Position numbers and translations under genes: made by a program. DNA of 64,000 bases from Camelus ferus (lineage: Eukaryota), in assembly GCF_009834535.1 (NCBI RefSeq), contig NC_045697.1, forward strand, positions 103,542,001-103,606,000, read 5' to 3'. The notes under the pieces were generated by a model. That model did not search any database. It saw nothing but the letters and a program-made list of their open reading frames with translations, and was not told where the DNA came from. Positions 53,337 through 64,000 of the stretch are shown here, piece after piece. The number at the start of each line of letters is the position of its first letter. Position 1 is the first letter of the stretch.

Positions 53337-55599
53337 TTGGAAAATATTTATAAATACATGTATTTTACTGCTCTGTCTAGGAAACACTGTTTTTAAAAAG
53401 AGAGAGAAACAAAAAGTAACAAACAAACAAGACAAAACAAAGCACAACTGCCAGTTGGTCTAAGTTTTAGGGCAAGCCCTTTGCCTTCACTTGGAACTGT
53501 TCCTGATTCTTCCAGCACAGCTAGAGAAGAAAGCTGGAGGGTCACAGGCAGCTGCTTCCCTCGTCCTCTGTCCTTTTGTCCACGTGGGGTGCAGCTGGGC
53601 CCCAGCACAAGCCCAAATCCCCTCCATGCCCTAGGGGGCCAGCCCTGGCCTGCCCAGAGAATCCCCTTGGAAAGGGGCTTAGAGATGCTGAATTTGGGGG
53701 CCTTTGGTTTGAGTTCAGCCCTTCCCTGGCAAGTCAGCGGTGGCCGGAAATCCTTAGAAAAGTGCCAGGAAGGGTCAGGAAGGTGGCTGGGGCGTCAAAC
53801 AATTAAAAATAGGGCTTCCGGGCAGGCAGCCATGGAGATCTCGCTCAGTATGTAAATAAGTGTAAATACGAGCAAGTTTTGGTGCTGAGGGGTCCTGTGC
53901 ATATTCTGTGTAGACAAGGCTGTCCCGGGCGCTGGTGGGCGGCCTTTATCTGCACACAGACCAATTTATAAAAAAAATTTTTTCTATCCAAAAAGAAAAT
54001 AGCTCTATTGAGCTCTATTGGTGGGGGCGGGGGTAGGAGATTATTCTTACAACTTATATTTGTTACTTGAAGAGGGGAGGAATGTCAATGAATAAATCAG
54101 AACTGATTTTTAGCCACGAAAACCTTAATTCTGGAGCCTATTTGATACACAGCACTCAACTCTCCCATCCCTGACATTTGTGTCACCTTTTAGAGCTGAT
54201 ATTATTCATTCATTCACGTGAGTGACCTCATTTCATCCCGGAATCAGCTCCGTGCGGTGGGTTTCGCCATCATCATCCCAACTGCAGAGAAGGACACCAA
54301 ACTCAGGGAGGAGCAAGAACGCACAGCAGTGTGTCTGAACAAGCGCGCACAGCGGTATAGAGGCGGTTCACTCTCTTCCAAGGGGTTTTACTGAGCATGC
54401 GCCAGGCGCCCGGCTCTCCGCTAGGTGTGAACCGGCGGCTGCTGCTTGCTCTTCCTCAAAACACAGGCTCTCCAAAGGTCAAGGCAATCCTTTAACTTCA
54501 CTTGCAACTGTTCCGCATTCTTCCAAAAGCAAAGCTACAGAAGGAAACGGGGAAGCAGGAAGGCAGCTGCTTCCTTTATCCCCGTGGGCATCTTCCCCGC
54601 AGTCAGAGCTCCTGTCTGTCTGGGTTGGGCCAGCAAGGGGTGTCCCTCCCTTGGAGCATCCCACTTTCTGGAAGATCAGGGTAGGCCAGGTGCCCAAGAC
54701 CACAGTTGGCTTCAGGCTCCGCCAGGCGAGCAGGCCGGTGTCCATCCGCCAGTCTAGGAGCCACTACCTCTGCTGACCTTGGTCCCCTCTGCGCACTCCC
54801 ACAGGAGCAGACAGCCATCCTCACAAGTCTTCTCTCTGTCCAGGAGTTTGCGCTGCAAACTTCTGGTCTCTGTTTCCTCTGCATGGGGGGAGTAGAAAGG
54901 CTGCATTTGAAAGCAGCCTTCAGGGCTCTTGGGAGAAGCAAATGGCCGCAGTGACTCCTGAAGGGTTCCCCTGTGGCCTGCGGGCTATGGCAGCAGAGGA
55001 AGTCGGAGAGGCAAAGAGCAAAGAAAGGCTCTGGGCAGTGGTTCCCAAAGGTACGCTCTGCAGCTCGGCCTTCCCTCAACTCCATTTTGGAATTTTTTTT
55101 TTTTTTCCGGGAGCTCCTACGAGTTTATAACTAAACACACAGCTGTACATGCACACGCAGCTTTAAAATCCAGCACCTGTCCAGTTTGTCGGGATGAGTA
55201 ACGCCAAGTGCTGTAACAGTGACTGCGCATGCAGAGAGGATCTCCCCTCACCACCCCCATCAGATGCAGCAGGAAATCTATATTAAAACTGCTTGTATGT
55301 GTGAACAGCATCCGACACAATAGGTTGTCTCAATTTGATAATGCCAGGGTGTCTAGCAGAGAGTGCAAACTGGAAATTTGGGGGTTACTTTCTGCTTCAG
55401 AGCCCTGTGAGGAGGGGGTAGAAGGCCTGCTGGGAGTGGTCCTGAGTCCCGAGCACTCTGGTCTCTTCTCCCCAGTGCATTCAAACAAGGGGGGAGGTCG
55501 ACCTCAGATCTGGGCCCTCAGGCTCCCGTCCTAACAAGGAGGGCAGGAGGGACCCAGAGAGGAGGAGGAGATGGGTTTCCAGGGCACAGAAATGTGGTT

Positions 55600-56050
55600 G
55601 TGGGTTCCCTGTTTCGTGACTCTTACAGATGGCCCAGAAGATCCCTCCACACAGCTTGGACGGATTCCCAAAAGCCGGGTAAACTGTGGAGGCGTGGGCC
55701 CCGCGGTTCCCACTCAGAAGACCCATGCCCTGCGCCGCCGGACGGTGGGTGCGGTCTGCCCCTTGCTGGCCGAGGGGATACGGACGGCGAGCGCCCTGCT
55801 CGCGACAGCCCAGAGGGTGCCTTCTGTCCAGAGCGCCAGAGTCTTGGGAGGACCGGGCGTTCCTTGGATGGCCCTGGCGGGGCCACTCCGCAGCAGTCCT
55901 GGAAGGGTTAAAGGAAGGACACCTAGACCGCGGGAACTCTCCGAGACCCAGACTGGAGATGCACTTGCTGCTCAATGCTCAGTACTCGATGCTCGGCGCT
56001 GTCAGCTACACCGCCTGGCAGAGTCCGGGGTTGGGAAGGTGGCAGCTGAG
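55600..56050. promoter_or_regulatory. CpG-island-like segment
   Basis: About 25 CpG counted by eye in 55661-55960, GC-rich, in an otherwise CpG-depleted window. Confidence 0.6.
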
Positions 56051-57311
56051 TCAGACCACGCTGTGCATTTGCCAGAATGATCCACGGTGGGTGGGAACTA
56101 CCCAGTCTCGGGTGCAGGGAGGGAGCCCAGGTTGTAGGCTTTCGCTAGACACGCTTCCAAGCGTTTGGCAGGGTCTGTCTGTAACCAGAAAGGTAGAAAG
56201 GCCTCTCTTATTTGAAATGCCTTTAGCTGGTGGCTTAGAGAGTTCTAAGAGGGAGAAGAGATGCGAAAATAAAATACCCCTGTCCCCCCGTGCCTCTCAT
56301 CCAGAGAGTTTGTGGTGAAGCCTCAGTTCCTGCCCGCCTTGCCCGGTCGCTCACTCACACCTTTCATGGACCGATCCAGCCGCCTAGCCCCGCACTGCGC
56401 AGCCACCAAGGGTAAAAATGCCTTTTAGGTATTTTTTCTGTTGTGATGTTGGCCGCTCTGATTTCAATGCTGCAGAACAGATTTTCTCAGTTGTTCCGTT
56501 ACTTCAGACTACTTGTTAAACAATGTCTTCAGAGGGAAAAAAAACAAACCTAGATTAATAAAGTGCTCATAAAGGGGTGAGAGGAGAGAGCTGTCAGGCC
56601 CTTCGAGCAGACAATGTTGAGATGCAGGCTCGCCTGACCTCAGAGACCCACCGAGACCCTGGCGGCTGTCGCGTGACATCTACTCTGTCTCCACAGTGTC
56701 CAGGGCTGCTTAGCGCCAAGTGTGATGTGGACACTTGCCTGCTGGATGGAGACAGAAACTCATTTTCCATCTGTCAGGCAGCCTGACACAGAGCTGCTAA
56801 TGATTTTCTGTCAGGCGAGGCCTAGCTGGACTTGAACCAGTGACCCAGAGGTAAAAGGCCCCCTGTGTAGGGCTTACAATAACTGGCCTGCCTCGACCTC
56901 TTTCTCTGGACCAGTGCTCTCTTTTTCATCTGCCGGTGTGTTCTCATCCAGACAATCCCGACTTAGCACTGGGGGCTGAGTGTTTAATGTCCAGGAGAGC
57001 ACGCAAGGGTGCATTTCTGCCCTGGGCAGGTGGGAGATGGGATGCCATTGAGGGGCAGGGGGGCGGGGCCTGCTTGATTAGCCTGGGACCAAAAGCCACG
57101 CCTTCCTTTCAGTCTGGGTGCCTGACCCTGACCTCAGGACTTTTGCATGCTTATGGAGATGGCCCCAACAATAAATGTGTACCTAGAGGGGGATTGGGGC
57201 TCAGATGCTCTGGGTCTGAGCACTCTGAGGTCAAAATTGTCATCATTTTTTTCTTTTTTTACTGGTTGTCTTCATGAAGGGGAAAAAAAGTCCTTTCAAA
57301 AGCATTCCTAG

Positions 57312-60300
57312 GCCATAAAGAAAGATAAAGAAGGACATTTTATAATGATTAAAGGAGTGATACAAGATGAGGATATTACACTCGTTAATATATATGCACC
57401 CAATATAGGAGCACCTAAGTACATACAAGAATTACTAACAGAGATAAAGGGGGATATTGATGGGAATACAATCATAGTTGGAGATTTTAACACTGCATTA
57501 ACATCACTAGACAGATCTTCCAGACAGAAAATAAACAAGGCAACAGAGAAATTAAATACTACAATAGAAAAACTAGATTTGGTGGATAGTTTCAGAGCAT
57601 TACACCCCCAAAAAATAGGATATACCTTCTTTTCAAGTGCACATGGAACATTTTCCAGGATCGATCATGTACTTGGGCACAAAAGAAACCTCAACAATTT
57701 TAAGAAGATAGAAATTATCTCAAGCATCTTTACTGACCACAATGCCATGAAACTGGAAATCAACAACAGAGAAACAAAGGAGAAAAAAAGGAAAGCATGG
57801 AGATTAAACAATATGTTATTGAAAAAACAATGGATCAATGAGGAAATCAAAGCTGAAATTAAAAGATACCTTGAGACAAATGATAATGAAAGCACAACCA
57901 CTCAAAACCTATGGGACACAGCAAAGGCAGTGCTAAGAGGGAAGTTTATAGCGATACAGGCCTTCCTCAAAAAAGAAGAACAATCTCAAAGAAACAATTT
58001 AACCCACCACCTGAATGAATTAGAAAAAGAAGAACAAAAAGCCCCAAAAAGCAGCAGAAGGAAGGAAATAATAAAGATCAGAGAGGAATTAAATACAATA
58101 GAGATTAACAAGACCATAGAAAAAATCAACCAAACCAAAAGCTGGTTTTTTGAAAAAGTAAATAAAATCGACAAACCTCTGGCCAAACTCACAAAGAAGA
58201 AAAAAGAGAGAGCACAAATTAGCAAAATAAGAAAGGAAAATGGAGAAATTACAACAAACAAAATAGAAATACAGAATATCATACGAGAATATTATGAAAA
58301 ACTATATGGAACCAAACTGGATAACCTAGAGGAGATGGACAAGTTTCTGCAAACATACTGTCCACCAAAACTGAATCAAGAAGAATCTGAACACTTGAAC
58401 AATCCGATCACTAGAAAGGAAATAGAAATAGCAATTAAAAACCTCCCTACAAATAAAAGTCCAGGACCGGACGGCTTCACCGGGGAATTCTACCAAACAT
58501 ACAAAGAAACTCATACCAGTCCTTCTCAAACTCTTCCAGACGATTGAAAAGGAGGGAATACTCCCAAACTCATTCTATGAAGCCACCATCACCCTGATAC
58601 CAAAACCAGGCAAAGACACTACAAAAAAAGAGAATTATAGGCCAATATCACTGATGAACATAGACGCCAAAATCCTCACCAAAATTTTAGCAAATAGAAT
58701 CCAACAACACATAAAAAAGATTATACATCATGACCAAGTGGGGTTTATCCCAGGGACACAAGGCTGGTTCAACATACGCAAATCAATCAGTGTAATACAT
58801 CACATCAACAAGAGAAAGGACAAAAACCACGTGATCATCTCAATTGATGCAGAAAAAGCATTTGATAAAATTCAACACCCATTTATGATAAAAACTCTCG
58901 CCAAAGTGGGTACAGAGGGAACATATCTCAACATAATAAAAGCTATATATGACAAACCTACAGCCAGCATAGTACTCAACGGTGAAAAACTCAAAAGCTT
59001 CCCACTAAAATCTGGGACAAGACAAGGATGCCCACTATCACCACTCCTATTCAACATAGTCCTGGAAGTCCTAGCCACAGCAGTCAGGCAAGAGAAAGAA
59101 ATAAAAGGGATCCAAATTGGAAAAGAAGAGGTAAAAGTGTCATTATATGCTGATGACATGTTACTATATGTAGAAAACCCTAAAAGGTCCACACAAAAGC
59201 TACTAGAGCTGATTGAAGAATTCAGCAAGGTAGCAGGTTACAAAATTAACGTTCAAAAATCAGTTGCATTTCTTTACACTAACGATAAATCAACAGAAGA
59301 AGAAAGTAAAGAAACAATCCCCTTTAAAATAGCACCCAAAGTAATAAAATATCTGGGAATAAATCTAACCAAGGAGGTGAAAGAATTATACACAGAAAAC
59401 TATAAACCATTGATGAAGGAAATTAAAGAAGACTTTAAAAAATGGAAAGATATTCCATGCTCTTGGATTGGAAGAATCAATATAGTTAAAATGGTCACAC
59501 TGCCCAAGGCAATCTACAGATTTAATGCAATCCCTATCCAATTACCCAGGACATATTTCACAGAACTAGAAAAAATCATAATAAAATTCATATGGAACCA
59601 TCAAAGACCTAGAATTGCCAAAGCATTACTGAAGAGAAAGAAAGAGGCTGGAGGAATAACTCTCCCAGACTTCAGACAATACTATAGAGCTACAGTCATC
59701 AAGACAGCATGGTATTGGTACCAAAACAGACATATAGACCAACGGAACAGAATAGAGAGCCCAGAAATGAACCCACAAACTTTTGGCCAACTCATCTTTG
59801 ACAAAGGAGGCAAGAATATACATTGGAATAAAGACAGTCTCTTCAGCAAATGGTGTTGGGAAAACTGGACAGCAGCATGTAAAACAATGAAGCTAGAACA
59901 CTCCCTTACACCATATACAAAAATCAACTCAAAATGGATTAAAGACTTAAACATAAGACAAGACACAATAAACCTCCTAGAGGAAAACATAGGCAAAACA
60001 TTATCTGACATACATTTCAAAAATTTTCTCCTAGAAGAAAAAAAGCAAGAATAAACAAATGGGACCTAATGAAACTTACAAGCTTCTGCACAGCAAAGGA
60101 AACCAGAAATAAAACAAGAAGAAAACCTACTGGAATGGGAGAAAATTTTTGCAAGTGAAACCGACAAAGGCTTGATCTCCAGAATATATAAGCAGCTCAT
60201 ATGACTCAATAAGAAAAAAATAAACAACCCAATCCAAAAATGGGCAGAAGACCTAAACAAGCAATTCTCCAAGGAAGACATACAAATGATCAAAAAGCAC

Positions 60301-60849
60301 ATGAAAAAATGCTCAATATCACTAATTATCAGAGAAATGCAAATCAAAACTACAATGAGGTATCACCTCACACCAGTCAGAATGGCCGTCATTCAAAAAT
60401 CCACAAATGACAAATGCTGGAGAGGCTGTGGAGAAAGGGGAACCCTCCTACACTGCTGGTGGGAATGCAGTTTGGTGCAGCCACTATGGAAAACAGTGTG
60501 GAGATTCCTCAAAAGACTAGGAATAGACTTACCATATGACCCAGGAATCCCACTCCTGGGCTTGTATCCAGAAGGAAATCTACTTCAGGATGACACCTGC
60601 ACCCCAGTGTTCATAGCAGCACTATTTACAATAGCCAAAACATGGAAACAGCCTAAATGTCCATCAACAGGTGACTGGATAAAGAAGAGGTGGTATATTT
60701 ATACAATGGAATACTACTCAGCCATAAAAACCGACAACATAATGCCATTTGCAGCAACATGGATGCTCCTGGAGAATGTCATTCTAAGTGAAGTAAGCCA
60801 GAAAGAGAAAGAAAAATACCATATGAGATCGCTCATATGTGGAATCTAA
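57312..60849 (+). pseudogene. Disrupted L1 ORF2 (endonuclease / reverse transcriptase)
   Basis: ORF track pieces 57345-58547, 58654-60054 and 60286-60849 join across frameshifts at ~58509, ~60040 and ~60132 and a TGA at 60202-04; the N-terminus is missing. Confidence 0.93.
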
Positions 60850-61167
60850 ACAACAAAAACAAAAACAAACAAACAAACAAAAACAAAGCGTAAATAAAGG
60901 ACAGAAATAGACTCACAGACAGAGAATACAGACTTGTGGTTACCAGGGGGGTGGAGGGTGGGAAGGGATAGACTGGGATTTCAAAATTGTAGAATAGACT
61001 ACACTGTATAGCACAGGGAAATATACACAAAATGTTATGATAACTCACAGAGAAAAAAATGTGACAATGAGTGTGTATATGTCCATGAATAACTGAAAAA
61101 TTGTGAACACTGGAATTTGACACAACATTGTAAAATGATTATAAATCAATAAAAAATGTTAAAAAAA
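57312..61167 (+). mobile_element. LINE-1, 5'-truncated inside the ORF2 endonuclease domain; young but inactive
   Basis: ORF2 segments: EN (NIYAPN, GDFN, SRIDH, TDH), RT ([14 protein letters not shown] at ~59146) and C-terminal CxxxC-x7-H-x4-C; stop 60849. 3' UTR with G-tract, AATAAA 61148 and A tail. TSD AAAAGCATTCCTAG at 57298-57311 and 61168-61181. Confidence 0.98.
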
Positions 61168-61624
61168 AAAAGCATTCCTAGATTGATTAATATGATGATT
61201 CCCTTTCACTGAGAGATAATTAAGAGACATACGCCACTCTCCCAAAATAATGTTTTATGGTCTGTAGATGTCTGTCCTCCAGAAGCAGAAAAGCAACCTG
61301 GGGGCTTTAAGGGCCAAAATTGTTCACCAAACATTTGTTGAGGTTTCTGCTAGCAGGCAAGCATTCTGCTAGGTATTAGGGTCATGGAGATAAACAAAAC
61401 AAGCTCCCCACTGAAGGAATGAATCATTTAGAGGGGGAGGGACATGTGGACAAAGATAATTTGGCACAACCTGATAGGTGATAAATAAGCAAATGAAGAA
61501 ACTCAGTAGACAGCTGAAAACCAAGGACTATGTTTCCCCGTGGTGGGGGGATTTGGCCAGAAACTGAGGATCCGAAGTCAGTAGTGCAGAAGGGGAGGGA
61601 AACACAGGTGCCGGCCAGGTAGAA

Positions 61625-61812
61625 ATCCAGGTTTTGCCACTGACAAGCTTTGGCATCTGGAACTTACTTTCTTAGAGCCTCTACGTTATAATCTGTAAAA
61701 TGGGGATAATCATACCAATGTCAAAAATCGCCATAAGGATTAAATGGGATAATTCATGTAAAGCATTGAGCAAAGCCTCCAACATGTGGTAAGTGATTGC
61801 TGAATATTAGCG
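61625..61812 (+). mobile_element. MIR relic
   Basis: ATCTGTAAAATGGGGATAATCATACC...AAGGATTAAATGGGATAATTCATGTAAAGCA core. Confidence 0.7.
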
Positions 61813-62639
61813 AGGGCTTCCTGGATTGGAAAAGAGGGTGACTGAAGGAAAAAAGAACACTAAATGCCAGCGGCAGTGATAAAGACGGTAGAGATTAAGG
61901 AGAGAATCAAGAAAATTGGGTGACTAGCTGAATAGGAAAAGTGAGATGGGAAGGCAGAGGGGAGGCCTGGTTGCTATGGACAACACAAGAAGCAGGTTGG
62001 GAAGGATCTTGTGTAGGGAAAGAAGTTACTGACTTTTCCTTCAGGGCATGTGGGTCAGGGGTGCCTTAAGGATGCCAAGTGGGGTGGTGGTGGGATGGAA
62101 TGTCCAAATGCAATTGGAAATGTCAGGGCTACAGGGCTGGCAGCTCTGGCTGGGTTACAGTGGTGGCTGGTGCTGCAGGATGGCCCACAGGCTCCCCGGG
62201 GGAGAGCATGTGGGGTGGGAAGAAAGATCGGAGACCAGGATGCCTGGAAATATTAACATTAAAGGGGTGGGTGGGTGGGAAGAGAGGATCTGCGAAAGGA
62301 CAGTGCACTGCTCCAGGGCCCTGGTGGCACCCAATGAAGTGGAAAGGGACTTGTCCTTGTCCTGCCTCACTCCTCCCCTGCCACCCAGCTTGCGCTTAGA
62401 GGCTCATCTTCCTCAGCCAAAAGATGCTTTGCTTGACAGATGTGCCAAGGCTTAGAAATGAATTATGCCATTTGCTCAAGAAGTAGCAGAGGTAGCTCCA
62501 GTTTATGCTTCATGCTTGTTATAACTCCTGTAAAGTGAGATTCAGATAAAATGTACCATTAATAGTATGAATTCTCTGCATTCCTGGTCCTAGCAGTCAC
62601 CACTGTTACGTAGTCTCAGAGTCATTGAAATGCGCCCGC

Positions 62640-62765
62640 TTGTTAATTTTGTGGCCTTGGCAAGACACTTAGTCTGGGACTCAGTTTCTCGTCTGTGAAA
62701 TGGGGATAATACTACCTACCTCACAGCGTTCTTGAGGGGGTTAGATGAGACAATGTAGTAAAGAA
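62640..62765 (+). mobile_element. MIR relic
   Basis: GGCCTTGGCAAG...CTCAGTTTCTCGTCTGTGAAATGGGGATAATACTACCTACCTCACAG. Confidence 0.7.
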
Positions 62766-63282
62766 AAAGCCCAACAATGTTGCTTATAATTATCCTTCTA
62801 AACATTTTTTATGTATGTAGCGTCCCCACATACATGTAACACATTTTAACTAATGAAAAAATCTATAAAAATAGGATGACAAAATGCATATTTTTTCCTG
62901 AAATTTATTTTTCCTCCCACTCAACTATATACTGTCATGACAAGATCATCTACCCTCATTTCTTTTACAGGCTAAATGATGTTCTATAATAAGAATGGAC
63001 TGTTGAATGTTTAAACATTTCATTGATTTGGGGAATCTGGGTGGCCCTTCAGCCTTATCAATGCTCTAAAAACATCCTTGTCAATAGCTCCTTGGGCACT
63101 TACCTATTTCTGCAGGGTGGAATCCTAGAAGGGAAAAAGCTGGGTTGAAGAACACATATAGCTAAACTTTTGAGGGTACGCCCACTAGTGTTCCAGAAAT
63201 CTCATTCTCATTTATGCTTCTGCTGGAAGGACACGCATATCCTCTCTCCAGACTCTTGTCAGTATTTGAAGATGATCAAAGA

Positions 63283-63387
63283 GGGAAGGGAAATAGCTCA
63301 GTGGTAGAACACATGTTAGCATTCACGAGGTCCTGGGTTCAATCCCCAGTGCCTCCACTAAAAGAAAAAAAATTAAAGAAAAAAAAT
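63283..63387 (+). mobile_element. tRNA-Ala-derived SINE, short form
   Basis: ATAGCTCAGTGGTAGAAC...GAGGTCCTGGGTTCAATCCCCAGTGCCTCCA followed by an A-rich tail. Confidence 0.87.
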
Positions 63388-64000
63388 AGTATTTCATTTA
63401 AATGTATATTTCCTGATCCCTGTAAGACTGAAAATTTTTAAATGTTGATTATCCAACTTGTATAAATGACCCATTCCTAAACTTTGCCTGTTTTTCTAGT
63501 ATAGCTAGAGGAGTCACATACTCCTTTTTCATCACCTCCCCAGTGTTTGCGGCACAGCTGGTCTTGAAGCCTGAAACCCCATACTGCCTCGCTCCCACAC
63601 CCAGTTTGGGAGCTAGCTGAACGAGAGGGAAGTGGGAAGGAGGAAGCTTCTAGCCATCAGCCCTGGGGCAAGTTCAGGATGTCAGAGAGTAAACAAAGAG
63701 GTGACTAAAGGTCCGTGAACTTGGGGATTGGGGAGAGAAGGGAGGAAAGAGGGAGGAGGTACCGGGTAACAGGGCAGGTGGCTGGGGTTCCTGGGAAGGG
63801 GGGTGAGTGAGAAACCCCAGGGGGGAAGGTGGCTGGAGATGCGAGGAAACAGGATGTCTAATAACCCATTTTAAGTTTGTCTATTCCCCCAGACTCAGTG
63901 TGTCCAGACTTTGGCAGAAATCAAGGGACTGGAAGGAAATTTCACATGTGGGTGGTGGAGCAGAGAACAGTGTGGAGTCTGAGATGCCAGAGGGCTGGGC

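Noticed and set aside
55481..56318. Overlapping 160-210 aa ORFs on both strands
   Set aside because: Expected from stop-codon scarcity in GC-rich DNA; no recognisable homology or exon structure.
57243..61123. Minus-strand hydrophobic ORFs over the L1
   Set aside because: Antisense shadows of the A-rich L1 ORF2 and 3' UTR.
61182..64000. 3' end of the next gene expected by synteny (SLC10A7, minus strand, from recollection)
   Set aside because: No exon of it recognised; the region looks like L2/MIR/SINE relics, so the gene probably lies beyond the window.

Overview
Mammalian genomic DNA, very probably a camelid (camel, alpaca or vicuna), judged from seven copies of a tRNA-Ala-derived SINE of the Vic-1 type. 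Two intact spliced genes lie on the + strand. LSM6 has three coding exons (5662-5755, 9081-9194, 11579-11613; 80 aa), and its non-coding first exon and promoter appear to lie upstream of the window. REELD1 has six coding exons (33018-43336; 530 aa): signal peptide, Reeler domain, S/T/P-rich stalk, one TM helix and a cytoplasmic tail. The rest is intronic or intergenic and rich in transposable elements: a young 3.9 kb 5'-truncated LINE-1 with a perfect 14-bp TSD, several short L1 3' stubs (one nested in another), a solo ERV1-type LTR with a 4x CCAAT array, MLT1/MLT2 LTRs, MER20/MER5 DNA transposons, MIR/L2 relics and microsatellites. I see no evidence of a wholly new biological system. The best leads are regulatory or isoform-level hypotheses: a possible secreted Reeler-only REELD1 isoform made by intronic polyadenylation, a possibly shifted REELD1 splice acceptor, a candidate poison exon in LSM6, an LTR promoter upstream of REELD1, a CTCF site and an orphan CpG island. 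All calls were made by eye; repeat family names and old-repeat boundaries are approximate.
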